A stretch of DNA of 64,000 nt from Gemmatimonadaceae bacterium (GTDB taxonomy: Bacteria; Gemmatimonadota; Gemmatimonadetes; Gemmatimonadales; Gemmatimonadaceae). Below the pieces are notes generated by a model that saw only the letters and a program-made list of their open reading frames with translations, was not told the DNA's origin and did not search any database. The stretch's first letter is position 1. Each line of letters starts with the position of its first letter. This document shows positions 36,954 through 46,916 of this stretch, piece after piece. The translations under genes were made by a program, and so were the position numbers. The DNA lies in the NCBI GenBank assembly GCA_033763905.1, contig JANRJP010000102.1, positions 32,001 through 96,000 on the forward strand, read 5' to 3'.

Positions 36954-37904
36954 ATGCCGATCTCCCCGCCGGGCGCTGACGTGATGCCGGGTGCCGCGCA
37001 CTACCACGTGCCGGTGCTCGCGGACGCCGTGCTGGCCGCCTTGGCCGACGCGACCTGCGTGGTGGACGGCACGTTGGGCGGTGGCGGACACACGGCCCTG
37101 CTGCTGGCGCGCGGGACGTCGGTGATCGGGGTCGATCGTGATCCGGAGGCGCGGGCGTCGGCGGCCCGTCGGCTGGCCGACGCGGTGGCGACGGGGCAAC
37201 TCACCATCGTGGCGTCGACCTTTGCCGATGCCGTCGACCAGGTCGGCGACCGGGTGATCGACGGCGTGCTACTCGATCTTGGAGTGTCGTCGCATCAGCT
37301 CGACGAGACGTCGCGAGGCTTCAGCTTCCGTCCCGGCGCGCCACTCGACGCGCGGATGTCTCCCGACGACACGCGGAGCGCCGCCGACCTGCTCAACACC
37401 GAGTCGGAAGATGCGCTGCTTCGCATCTTCGCCGACTACGGTGATGAGCCGCGCGCGCGTCGCTTGGCGCGCGAAGTCGTGCGCCGGCGCGAGACGCGGC
37501 CGTTCGCGATCAGTGACGATTTCGTGGGGGCGATCCGGGCGACGTTGGGGGCTGCGTCCGGCGCCAGTGATTTCGCGCGCCTTTTTCAGGCGCTGCGCAT
37601 TGCCGTCAATGACGAGATCGCGACGCTCGAGGCCGCGCTCCCCGCGTGGGCGGACCGCCTGGCGCCCGGCGGCGTGCTGGCGGTGATCAGCTATCACTCG
37701 GGAGAAGACCGCGTCGTCAAGCACGCATTCCGCGCGTGGAGCACGGCGTGTACTTGCCCCCCGCGTCAGCCGATCTGCACCTGCGGCGGCGTGGCACGCG
37801 GGCAGGTCATCACGCGACGTGCAATCGTGGCCGATGCCGCCGAGGCGGCGACGAACCCGCGCGCGCGCAGCGCGCGACTCCGCGTATGGCGAAAGGCACG
37901 GTGA
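36954..37904 (+). CDS. rsmH: 16S rRNA m4C1402 methyltransferase RsmH (MraW)
   Basis: HVPVL, DGTLGGGGH, DLGVSSHQLD, FQALRIAVN, ISYHSGEDR, NPRARSARLR. Confidence 0.96.
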   Translation: MPISPPGADVMPGAAHYHVPVLADAVLAALADATCVVDGTLGGGGHTALLLARGTSVIGVDRDPEARASAARRLADAVATGQLTIVASTFADAVDQVGDRVIDGVLLDLGVSSHQLDETSRGFSFRPGAPLDARMSPDDTRSAADLLNTESEDALLRIFADYGDEPRARRLAREVVRRRETRPFAISDDFVGAIRATLGAASGASDFARLFQALRIAVNDEIATLEAALPAWADRLAPGGVLAVISYHSGEDRVVKHAFRAWSTACTCPPRQPICTCGGVARGQVITRRAIVADAAEAATNPRARSARLRVWRKAR

Positions 37905-38224
37905 ACGCCCGCGGCGGCGGCCGCTCGACGCGCTCGGCACCGCGAGGGCGGGGGCTGGTGGCCTTCGTGCTGCTGGCGTTTCTGGTGGTGGCTACCGGCG
38001 TGATCGCGCGACGCAGTTATGGCATCGCGCAGGCGCGCGCGTTGCGCGACCTCGACCGCGAGCGCGTGCAGCTCGAATCGCGTCGGACGCAATTGCAGCG
38101 GGACATTCGCGACGCGTCCAGCCGCGTGCGTCTGCAGAAGACCGCCGAGCAGGCGCTGGGGATGCGGGTCCCGGCCGACAGTCAGGTGATCATTCTGGCG
38201 CCGGGGGCGACGCGTGCGCGATGA
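37901..38224 (+). CDS. ftsL: Cell division protein FtsL
   Basis: Single TM plus coiled coil ending AEQALGM; position between rsmH and ftsI. Confidence 0.75.
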   Translation: MNARGGGRSTRSAPRGRGLVAFVLLAFLVVATGVIARRSYGIAQARALRDLDRERVQLESRRTQLQRDIRDASSRVRLQKTAEQALGMRVPADSQVIILAPGATRAR

Positions 38225-40181
38225 TCGCTCGCGGTGGATCACCGGCGCGCTCGCGCTCGCGGCGTTCGCGCTGGTGTGCCGCGCCGCTTGGGTGCAGATC
38301 TGGCAGCACGAGTACTGGACCCGCAAGGCGAATGATCAGCAGACGACCACCGCCAATCTGCCGGCGCCACGGGGCACGATCACCGATGCGACCGGCCTGG
38401 TGCTGGCGGAAAGTCGCACGTTGGTGACGATCGCGATCGACCCGCGCGCGGTGCGAAACATCGGCGCACTGCGTCGCGGTCTCGAGACCGCCCGGGTCGC
38501 ACCGAATTGGATTCGCCGGGCGACCGACACCACGAGAAAGTGGGTCGAGATTCCCCAGCGCTTCCTCCCCAACGACATCGCCACCGTGCAGGCGATGCGC
38601 GGCGTGCGCACGACACCGGTGGCGGAACGCGTGTATCTCCCGAGCGAGTCGGTCCGTCGACTCGTCGGCCGAGCGACGCCGGAGCGCGGGTTGGACGGCG
38701 TCGAGTTTGCGCTGGATTCGCTGCTGACCGGGGAGCGGGGCACCGCCGCGCTGGTCCGGGATGCGAGAGGGCGCACCCTCGTGTCACCGGACGGCGACGG
38801 GGACGCCGCGCGGCCGGGGCACACGGTCACGCTGACCGTCAACCACGCGCTGCAGGACATCGCCGAGCGGGCGCTGGCCGATGCGCAGTCGCGAACGGGG
38901 GCCAACGGCGGCGATATCGTCGTGCTCGATCCCCGTGACGGGGCCGTGCTGGCGATGGCGAGCCGACGGCCGGATCCCAAGTCGCTCGCGGCGACGGCGG
39001 TCACCGAGTCGTTCGAGCCCGGCAGCACGCTCAAGCCCTTCTTCGCCGGACGGCTGCTGGACCTGCGCCGCGCGAGGTCGGACGAAGTGGTGAACACGTA
39101 CAACGGCCAGATGAAGCTCGGGACGCGGACGATCACCGACGTGCACAAGGCGCCGCGGATGTCGCTCCGCGAAGTGATCGCGCAGTCAAGCAACATCGGC
39201 ATCGTGCAGTTCGCGGCTCGTCTCACCGCGCGGGAGGAGTACGAGTTGCTGCGCGACCTCGGCTTCGGCACGCCGACCGGCGTGCCGTATCCGCTCGAGG
39301 CATCCGGGCGCCTGCGTCCGCCGAGCCAATGGTCGGCGACCTCGGCGGCTTCGCTCGCGATGGGCTATGAAGTGTCGGTGTCGCCGTTGCAGTTGGCGGT
39401 GGCCTACGCGGCGATCGCCAACGGCGGCGAGTTGCTGCAGCCGTCGTTGATTCGGCGCATTACGGCGCCCGATGGGCGCGTGGTCTGGACGCACGCGCGC
39501 CGTGCCCTGCGTCGCGTGCTGTCGCCCGAGGCGGCTGCGGATGTGCGCCGAATGCTCGTGGAAGTCGTCGAGGAGGGCACCGCCGGTGGCGCCGACCTCG
39601 CGCAGTTCGAGGTGGGTGGCAAGTCGGGGACCGCGCGCCGCACCGGCAAGGGCGGGCGCTACGCGGCGGGTTCCTACACGGCGAGTTTCGTCGGACTGTT
39701 CCCCGCCGACGATCCGCAGCTGGTCGTACTGGTGAAGCTCGACAACCCGCAGGGGGCGTACTACGGCGGCAAGACTGCGGCGCCGGTCTTCAAGGCCGTG
39801 CTCGAAGGGGCCCTCGCATCGCGCGATGCCTCGATCGATCGGCAGCGCGTGGCGGCGCAGGTGCGCGCCCCCGCCGAGAGCGCGACCGCCGATTCGGTGC
39901 GCGAGGTCGCGGCGGCGGCGGAGTCGCGTGACGCTCGCGGGGATGCCGTCGGCGACGTCCCCGCCGTCATCGACTTGACGCAGCCGCGCGGACGCGCGCC
40001 GGCGCTACCGGCGCGGGCGGTGCCCTCGGTGGACGGCCTGCCCACGCGTCGCGCGGTGTTCACGCTGCACGAGGCCGGCTTCCGCGTGCAGCTCACCGAG
40101 GGGGCTGGCGTGGATCCCGCTCCCGGCACTGTGCTCAAGCCCGGCAGCATCGTCCGCTTGGGCCGCAACCAGCCCCGATGA
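38214..40181 (+). CDS. ftsI: Class B penicillin-binding protein FtsI with C-terminal PASTA-like domain
   Basis: EPGSTLK (SxxK), SSN, KSGTA; PRGTITD. Confidence 0.93.
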   Translation: MRDDRSRWITGALALAAFALVCRAAWVQIWQHEYWTRKANDQQTTTANLPAPRGTITDATGLVLAESRTLVTIAIDPRAVRNIGALRRGLETARVAPNWIRRATDTTRKWVEIPQRFLPNDIATVQAMRGVRTTPVAERVYLPSESVRRLVGRATPERGLDGVEFALDSLLTGERGTAALVRDARGRTLVSPDGDGDAARPGHTVTLTVNHALQDIAERALADAQSRTGANGGDIVVLDPRDGAVLAMASRRPDPKSLAATAVTESFEPGSTLKPFFAGRLLDLRRARSDEVVNTYNGQMKLGTRTITDVHKAPRMSLREVIAQSSNIGIVQFAARLTAREEYELLRDLGFGTPTGVPYPLEASGRLRPPSQWSATSAASLAMGYEVSVSPLQLAVAYAAIANGGELLQPSLIRRITAPDGRVVWTHARRALRRVLSPEAAADVRRMLVEVVEEGTAGGADLAQFEVGGKSGTARRTGKGGRYAAGSYTASFVGLFPADDPQLVVLVKLDNPQGAYYGGKTAAPVFKAVLEGALASRDASIDRQRVAAQVRAPAESATADSVREVAAAAESRDARGDAVGDVPAVIDLTQPRGRAPALPARAVPSVDGLPTRRAVFTLHEAGFRVQLTEGAGVDPAPGTVLKPGSIVRLGRNQPR

Positions 40182-41659
40182 CTTCACATCCTGCGGTAGT
40201 CCCGACGGCGCGACTGGTGGAAGCGCTTGATCGCGCCGGATTGCTCGTCGAGGTCATCGGCGAGCTCCCGGCCACGCTGTCAGCCCTCACGGATGACTCG
40301 CGCCACGTGCAGCCCGGCGGCCTGTTTCTGGCGGTGAAGGGGGCAGTCGCCGATGGCCACGCCTTCGTGCCCAAGGCGCGCGCCGCAGGGGCGGCACTCG
40401 TGATGCTCGAAGATCGCGCGGCCGTGGATGGTGCGGCGCTGCTGGTGCGCGACGGACGGCGCGCCGCCGCCCGTGTGGCGGCGGCGTGGTACCACGAGCC
40501 GGCACGCGCGCTGCGCCTCGTCGCGGCCACCGGCACCAATGGGAAGACGACCACGGTGGGGATGCTCCGGCATTGCCTGGAGCAGCCCGACGCCCCGACG
40601 GCGAGCATCGGGACCTTGGGTGTGCTCGCCGGATCCGCTGGCACGGTGGTGCCCGGCGGGAGCGGGCTCACGACGCCGGGGCCCGTCGAGTTGCAGCGGG
40701 TGCTGCGCTTGTTGGTGGATCGCGGTGTGCGCACCGTCGCGATGGAGACCAGCTCGCACGCCTTGCATCAGCGGCGGATCGAAGGCGTCGCCTTTGCTGC
40801 GGCGGTCTTCACGAATCTCACGCGGGACCATCTCGACTATCACGGCACGATGGAGGCGTACTTCGCAGCCAAAGCGTCACTGGTGTCGTGGCTGGCCCCC
40901 GATGGCGTGGCGGTCGTGAATGCCGATGATCCCGCGTGGCGCGAGCTGCCCGCAGCGCCGCGGCAGATCACGTTCGGTCTTGAGCAGCACGCGGACGTGC
41001 AGGCGCGTGACGTGCAGTACTCGCCCGAAGGGACGGGGTTCACCCTCGCCGCGTTTGGCGCCACGGCGCCGGTACAGTTGCCGCTGATCGGCGACTTCAA
41101 CGTGAGCAATGCCCTCGCCGCCGCGGCGACCGGTCTCGCGGTGGGGGCGTCGCTCGAGGCGATGGCGGCGGCTCTGACGTCGTTGCCGCAGGTCCCGGGA
41201 CGCCTCGAGCGGCTCTCGCGCTCGCCGTCCGTGCTGCGCGACTACGCCCACACGCCGGACGCCCTCGAACGGGCGCTGCACGCGGTGCGACCGTTCGTCG
41301 CTGGCCGACTCGTCGTGGTGTTCGGCTGCGGTGGGGATCGAGATCGCGGCAAGCGCCCGGTGATGGGCGCGATCGCCGAACGCTTGGCGGATCGCGCATA
41401 CGTGACCAGCGACAACCCGCGCACCGAAGACCCCGAGCGGATTCTCGATGACATCGAAGCGGGAATGACGCGACGGGATCACGTGCGCATCGAAGACCGA
41501 CGCGCGGCCATCGCCGCCGCCATTGCCGACGCCGCGCCGGGCGACGTCATTCTGCTTGCCGGCAAGGGCCACGAGACCTATCAAATTCGCGGCACGGAAT
41601 CGCTGCCCTTCGACGAGGCCGCGATTGTCGCCGAACTGACTCGCCCCCATCTCCCGTGA
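40178..41659 (+). CDS. murE: UDP-MurNAc-tripeptide synthetase (meso-DAP type)
   Basis: TGTNGKTT, FTNLTRDHLDYH, DYAHTPD, SDNPR, AGKGHE. Confidence 0.96.
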   Translation: MTSHPAVVPTARLVEALDRAGLLVEVIGELPATLSALTDDSRHVQPGGLFLAVKGAVADGHAFVPKARAAGAALVMLEDRAAVDGAALLVRDGRRAAARVAAAWYHEPARALRLVAATGTNGKTTTVGMLRHCLEQPDAPTASIGTLGVLAGSAGTVVPGGSGLTTPGPVELQRVLRLLVDRGVRTVAMETSSHALHQRRIEGVAFAAAVFTNLTRDHLDYHGTMEAYFAAKASLVSWLAPDGVAVVNADDPAWRELPAAPRQITFGLEQHADVQARDVQYSPEGTGFTLAAFGATAPVQLPLIGDFNVSNALAAAATGLAVGASLEAMAAALTSLPQVPGRLERLSRSPSVLRDYAHTPDALERALHAVRPFVAGRLVVVFGCGGDRDRGKRPVMGAIAERLADRAYVTSDNPRTEDPERILDDIEAGMTRRDHVRIEDRRAAIAAAIADAAPGDVILLAGKGHETYQIRGTESLPFDEAAIVAELTRPHLP

Positions 41660-43044
41660 GCGTTGCACTGCCGACACCCGCTCGAAGCGACTTCTGGACG
41701 CTCGACCACCTCGCGCACGCCCTCGCCGGCGTCCTGACGGCCCCCGCGCCCGCGGGCGATCGTCCGCTGGCCGGCATCACGACCGACACGCGGCAACTGA
41801 CGACGGGCGCGGTGTTCGTCGCTCTGGCGGGGGAGCGCTTCGACGCGCACGATTTTCTGCCGGCCGCCGTGGCCGCTGGCGCGGCGGCGCTGGTGGTGAA
41901 GGATGCCGCGCGCGCCGCGGGGCTCGGCCTGCCGGTCTTTGCCGTGCGCGATTCGCTGGAGGCCTTGGGCGCCCTCGGCGCCTACCGCCGCCGCGCGTGG
42001 GGGAAGCCGGTCGTGGCGGTCGCAGGATCGAACGGCAAGACCACCACGAAGGAGCTGCTCCGCGCCGCGCTGGGATCGGTGTACGCGGTGCACGCCACCG
42101 AGGGCAACTTCAACAATCTTGTCGGCGTGCCGCTGACGTTGCTGGCGATTCCCGATCACGCGGATGTCGCGGTGATCGAACTCGGCACGAACACGCCGGG
42201 GGAGATCGCCACGCTGCGATCCATCGTCCGTCCCGACGTCGTGGTCATCACGAGCATCGGCGAGGAACATCTGGAGGGCTTCGGTGATCTGGCCGGCGTC
42301 TTGGCCGAGGAAGCCAGCGCGGCCGATGGCGCGGCCCTCTGTGTGACGCCTGCAGCACAGCGCGAGATCGCCGCCGCGGTGCAGGGAAAGGCCGCACGGG
42401 TGATCGTCACCGGACTGGGCGCCGGTGATCCCGCGGCGACCGCCTGGGGCCTCAAGGATTCCGGCTTCGGGTGGATGACCTTCGCCGGTGTGCCGGTCAC
42501 CTTGCCGCTGCCGGGGGAGCACAATCTCGCGAACGCCGCACTGGCCTTGGCCACCGCCGATGCGCTCGGTGTCGAGCTGGCGACCGCGGCGGAGGGGCTT
42601 AAGCGCGTCAAATTGCCACCAATGCGTAGCGCACTCGTTCCGCTGGGCGAGGCGCTGCTGCTCAACGACTGCTACAACGCCAATCCGCCCTCGATGCGGG
42701 CGGCGCTGGCGGTCTTGGACGCCCTCCCCGCGAGTCGGCAGAAGGTCGCGGTACTCGGCGGGATGCGGGAGCTGGGCGCCAACGCTGATGCCCTGCACGA
42801 TGACGTCGCCCGCGCGGCCCTCGCGTCGCAGGCGACGGTGATTGCCGGGGTGGAGGCGATGGCCGCCGCGCTGCGGCGGGTGGGGGCGGACGACCCTCGC
42901 GTGGTGACCGCCGACGATGTCGAGCCGCTGTGGCCGCTCCTGGCGCCACGGCTCGAGCGCGGGGCGGCGGTACTGCTCAAGGCGTCGCGGGGCGTCCGGC
43001 TGGAGCGCCTGTTGCCGCATCTGGAGGCGTGGGCAACCGGTTAG
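41656..43044 (+). CDS. murF: UDP-MurNAc-pentapeptide synthetase
   Basis: GSNGKTTTKE, GNFNN, NDCYNANP, MRELG, KASRG. Confidence 0.96.
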   Translation: MSVALPTPARSDFWTLDHLAHALAGVLTAPAPAGDRPLAGITTDTRQLTTGAVFVALAGERFDAHDFLPAAVAAGAAALVVKDAARAAGLGLPVFAVRDSLEALGALGAYRRRAWGKPVVAVAGSNGKTTTKELLRAALGSVYAVHATEGNFNNLVGVPLTLLAIPDHADVAVIELGTNTPGEIATLRSIVRPDVVVITSIGEEHLEGFGDLAGVLAEEASAADGAALCVTPAAQREIAAAVQGKAARVIVTGLGAGDPAATAWGLKDSGFGWMTFAGVPVTLPLPGEHNLANAALALATADALGVELATAAEGLKRVKLPPMRSALVPLGEALLLNDCYNANPPSMRAALAVLDALPASRQKVAVLGGMRELGANADALHDDVARAALASQATVIAGVEAMAAALRRVGADDPRVVTADDVEPLWPLLAPRLERGAAVLLKASRGVRLERLLPHLEAWATG

Positions 43045-43081
43045 CTTTCGCGCGATCGTCGGAACCCCTTCGCGCCGACCC

Positions 43082-44224
43082 GTGCTCAACTGGCTGCTGC
43101 TCCCGTTTCAACCGGAGTTCCCCGCACTCCGGCTCTTTCAGTACATCAGCTTCCGCGCGGCCGGTGCTGCGGTCACGGCACTGCTGTTGTCCTTCATCGC
43201 CGGTCCGCTGATTCTCCGGCGCCTGCGCGCGATGGCCGTGCATCAGGTCGTGCGCGCCGGCACACCGGACTCGCACAAGGCCAAGGGGACCACCCCCACG
43301 ATGGGCGGGCTGATCATTCTCGTGTCGTGCATCATTCCCACGATCCTGTGGATGAAGCCCGAGAATCGGTATGTGTGGTATGCGCTGCTCGTGACGGTCT
43401 GGATGGGCGCGATCGGCTTCCTCGATGACTGGCTCAAGCTCGAGCAGAAGCGGAAGGGTGAAAAGAACGTGGGGCTGGTCGAGCGCTACAAGCTCATCGG
43501 CCAGGTGGGCATCGGGCTGGTGTTGGGACTGCTGCTCTGGAAGTTCCCCCTGAGTTCGCTCCCGGGGGCCAGCACCACGCTGCCGTTCTACAAGTACGTG
43601 CTGCTCGTGCCCGCGCTGCCGTGGATGTCGTTCCTGTACATCCCGTGGGTGACCGTGGTGCTCACCGGCACGAGCAACGCCGTGAACCTGACCGACGGTC
43701 TCGACGGACTGGCGGCCGGACTCATTGCGATCTCGATCGTGACTTTCGCGGTGTTCGCCTATGTGATGGGGCGCGTCGATACCAGCGCGTACCTCGGCGT
43801 GTACTTCCTGCGCGGGGCTGGCGAACTGACCGTCTTCTGCAGCGCCGTCTTCGGCGCGGTGGTCGGTTTCCTGTGGTTCAACGCGCACCCGGCGCAGGTG
43901 TTCATGGGCGACACGGGATCGCTGGCGCTGGGCGGCGCGCTCGGCACGGTGGCGATTCTGCTCAAGAGCGAGTTCCTGCTCCTGATCGTCGGCGCGGTCT
44001 TCGTGGCGGAAACGCTGTCGGTCATCATTCAGCGGACCGCGTTCAAGTACCGCAAGCAGCGCTACGGTCTCGAGTACGCGCAGCAGCACCGCATCTTCAA
44101 GCGTGCGCCAATCCACCACCACTTCGAGCTGTCGGGGTGGGCCGAGACCCAGGTGGTGGTGCGCTTCTGGATTCTCGGGATCCTCTGCGCGTTTCTGGCC
44201 CTCAGCACCCTGAAGCTGCGGTGA
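43082..44224 (+). CDS. mraY: Phospho-MurNAc-pentapeptide transferase
   Basis: TPTMGG, GFLDD, SNAVNLTDGLDGLA, FMGDTGSL, APIHHHFE. Confidence 0.97.
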   Translation: MLNWLLLPFQPEFPALRLFQYISFRAAGAAVTALLLSFIAGPLILRRLRAMAVHQVVRAGTPDSHKAKGTTPTMGGLIILVSCIIPTILWMKPENRYVWYALLVTVWMGAIGFLDDWLKLEQKRKGEKNVGLVERYKLIGQVGIGLVLGLLLWKFPLSSLPGASTTLPFYKYVLLVPALPWMSFLYIPWVTVVLTGTSNAVNLTDGLDGLAAGLIAISIVTFAVFAYVMGRVDTSAYLGVYFLRGAGELTVFCSAVFGAVVGFLWFNAHPAQVFMGDTGSLALGGALGTVAILLKSEFLLLIVGAVFVAETLSVIIQRTAFKYRKQRYGLEYAQQHRIFKRAPIHHHFELSGWAETQVVVRFWILGILCAFLALSTLKLR

Positions 44225-45678
44225 GCGACGCCCTCGGCGGTTCGACGCGTCCGCCGCTGCCCTTGCCGACGTCGCGGAGCGGGGAAGTGGCGGTGATCGG
44301 CCTCGGTGCGAGCGGGCAGGCGGTCACGCGGCTGCTGCGGTTGCACGGGCACGCCGTCTACGCCAGCGATGCCAGCAGCGGCGACAAGGCCGCCGCGGCC
44401 GCGGCATCGCTCGCGGCGCTCGGCGCGGCAACCGATGCGGGTACGCACGATCTCGCGCGCATTGCGCGCGCGGCGCTCGTGGTGGCGAGTCCCGGGGTGC
44501 CCCCCACGGCGCCGCCGCTGCAAGCGGCCGCGAACGCCGGAGTGCCGGTGGTGGGCGAACTCGATATCGCCCTCCGCGCGATGCCGCGGCTCAAGTACAT
44601 CGCCGTCACCGGCACCAACGGCAAGACGACCACGACGGCGATCATCGGGCATCTGCTCCGAGCACTCGGGCACGAGGCACCGGACGCCGGCAACATCGGA
44701 ACGCCGCTGGCCACGTACGCGGCGGCCGATGCGCCTCCGCCCTGGGCCGCGCTCGAGACGTCGAGCTTTCAGTTGCACGACACACCGGGCATCAATCCCA
44801 CGGTGGGCGTCGTCACCAACCTGAGTCCCGACCACCTCGATCGGTACCCGGACATCGGCACCTACTACGCCGACAAGGCGCGGATGTTTGCCAATGCGCA
44901 CGATCGCTCGCTCTGGGTGCTGAACGCCGACGATGCGGAGGTCCTCCGGCTGCACGAACGTCTGGGGAGTGGCGCGCCACTCGCGGGTCGAGTGTTGCTG
45001 TTCTCGTTGCACGAGCACCGCGGAGCCGATGCCTTCATTCGCGCCGACGGGATCCTCGAGGTCTTCGGCGCCCCACTGATGCCACGCGCGGCGTTCCCGC
45101 TGGTCGGTGACCACAACGTGGCGAATGTCCTCGCCGCCGCGCTGTCGGTGATGGCGGCCGACCCCGCGCATCGGACGCCCAAGGGGCGCAAGACGATTGC
45201 CGCGGCGCTGGAATCGTTCCGTGCGCTGCCGCACCGGTTGGAGCCAGTCGGCGAGTACGGTGGAGTTCGCTGGATCAATGACTCGAAGGCCACCAACGTG
45301 GCCTCGACGCAAGTCGCGCTCGACGGGATGCAGCAGCCGACGGTGGTGTTGCTTGGCGGCCGTCACAAAGGTGACCCGTACACACCACTGATCCCCGCGC
45401 TCAAGCGCTGCGCGCGGCTTGTGATCGGGTACGGAGAAGCTGCGCCGATCATCGAGGCCGACCTCGCGCAGGCGGTACCTTTCGTCCGCGGTGGATCGTC
45501 GTTCGTCGAGGTTGTGGCGCAGGCACGCGCGGCGGCACAGCCCGGTGATGTGGTGCTCCTTTCCCCGGCCTGCTCGAGCTACGATATGTTCGCGAACTAC
45601 GAAGCGCGGGGGGCGATGTTCCGCCAGCTCGCGGGCGATGCCTCCACCGACCGGCACGACCGCCCCTCGGCGCCGTGA
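44221..45678 (+). CDS. murD: UDP-MurNAc-L-Ala-D-Glu ligase
   Basis: GLGASG, TGTNGKTTT, SSFQL, DHLDRY, NDSKATN, LSPACSSYD. Confidence 0.96.
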   Translation: MSDALGGSTRPPLPLPTSRSGEVAVIGLGASGQAVTRLLRLHGHAVYASDASSGDKAAAAAASLAALGAATDAGTHDLARIARAALVVASPGVPPTAPPLQAAANAGVPVVGELDIALRAMPRLKYIAVTGTNGKTTTTAIIGHLLRALGHEAPDAGNIGTPLATYAAADAPPPWAALETSSFQLHDTPGINPTVGVVTNLSPDHLDRYPDIGTYYADKARMFANAHDRSLWVLNADDAEVLRLHERLGSGAPLAGRVLLFSLHEHRGADAFIRADGILEVFGAPLMPRAAFPLVGDHNVANVLAAALSVMAADPAHRTPKGRKTIAAALESFRALPHRLEPVGEYGGVRWINDSKATNVASTQVALDGMQQPTVVLLGGRHKGDPYTPLIPALKRCARLVIGYGEAAPIIEADLAQAVPFVRGGSSFVEVVAQARAAAQPGDVVLLSPACSSYDMFANYEARGAMFRQLAGDASTDRHDRPSAP

Positions 45679-46898
45679 GTAACGCCGCGCTCCTCCACGG
45701 GGCGCCGCTCGGCCGACCCGCACAGGGGGCCGCGGCGATGCCCGCCGGCACGCGTGACCGCTGGCGAATGGGGATCGAGGCGCGCGCGCTCGTGCTCGTC
45801 ACTGCCAGTTTGCTCGTCTTCGGTCTGGCCACGCTCTACAGCGCGTCGTCCATTGTCGCGATGAACGAAGGGCGCGGGTCGATGCACTACCTCCTCCGTC
45901 AGGCGACCGGCGTCGTCGCGGGGGCCATCGTCTTCGCCGTGGCCGCCAAGCTCGACGCCGAACGCTGGAAGGACTGGGCGTGGCCGCTGATGGGGCTCGC
46001 CCTGTTCACGATGCTGGTGATCATCCTCCCCGGCACCGAGCGCATCGCGCCCCGCATCAACGGGTCGCGGCGCTTCCTGTTCGGCTCGTCGCTGCAGCCG
46101 TCCGAGCTCGCGAAGCTCGCGGTCATTATGTGGACGGCGATGCTCATCGTGAAGAAGGGCGACCAGCTCCGGCGCCTCACCAAGGGCTTGTTGCCGTTCC
46201 TCCTGGTCGTGGGCACGCTCGATGTGCTCGCCATCCTCGAGCCGGACCTCTCGGCGGCGATGCTCTACACCCTGGTCCTCGGGGTGGTCCTGTTCGCCGG
46301 CGGGGTTCGCATCGGCCACTTCATCGCGTTGGGCATCCTTGCGATCCCGGTCCTCTGGAATCAAGCCCAGCGCCTGCAGTACGTCGTCCTTCGAATGGTG
46401 TCCTTCCTCGACCCCGGCGCCGCGCCAGCCCAGGTCGGATACCAGCTTGAGCAGTCGCTGATTGCCGTGGGCTCCGGTGGCCTGCTCGGCGTCGGGTTCG
46501 GTCAGGGACGGCAGCAGTACGGGTTCCTGCCGCTGCCATACAACGACTTCATCGGCTCCAACATCGGCGAGGAGTGGGGCTTCGTGGGAATGGTCGCGCT
46601 GGTCGCGGTGTACTCGCTGTACGGCTGGCTCGGCTTCCGCATTGCGCGCCAAGCCCGCTCGCCGTTTCAGCAATTGGCCGCCGTCGGCCTCACGGTGACC
46701 TTGGTCGTGACGGCATTTCTCCACATTGGGGTCGTCATCGGGCTGCTCCCGACCACGGGATTGACCCTGCCGTTTGTCTCCTACGGGCGCTCGAATCTGG
46801 TACTCTCCCTGTTGATGACCGGCATTCTGGTGAACATCGGGAGCACCCGTGAACGGGTGGTGGGCGAGCACGCGACCGACCCGACGGGCTCGGTCTGA
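45675..46898 (+). CDS. ftsW: SEDS peptidoglycan polymerase FtsW
   Basis: LQPSELAK, EPDL, GYQLEQS, DFI...GEEWG, PTTGLTLPFVSYG. Confidence 0.95.
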   Translation: MSNAALLHGAPLGRPAQGAAAMPAGTRDRWRMGIEARALVLVTASLLVFGLATLYSASSIVAMNEGRGSMHYLLRQATGVVAGAIVFAVAAKLDAERWKDWAWPLMGLALFTMLVIILPGTERIAPRINGSRRFLFGSSLQPSELAKLAVIMWTAMLIVKKGDQLRRLTKGLLPFLLVVGTLDVLAILEPDLSAAMLYTLVLGVVLFAGGVRIGHFIALGILAIPVLWNQAQRLQYVVLRMVSFLDPGAAPAQVGYQLEQSLIAVGSGGLLGVGFGQGRQQYGFLPLPYNDFIGSNIGEEWGFVGMVALVAVYSLYGWLGFRIARQARSPFQQLAAVGLTVTLVVTAFLHIGVVIGLLPTTGLTLPFVSYGRSNLVLSLLMTGILVNIGSTRERVVGEHATDPTGSV

Positions 46899-46916
46899 GC
46901 CCAGGATGACCGACTC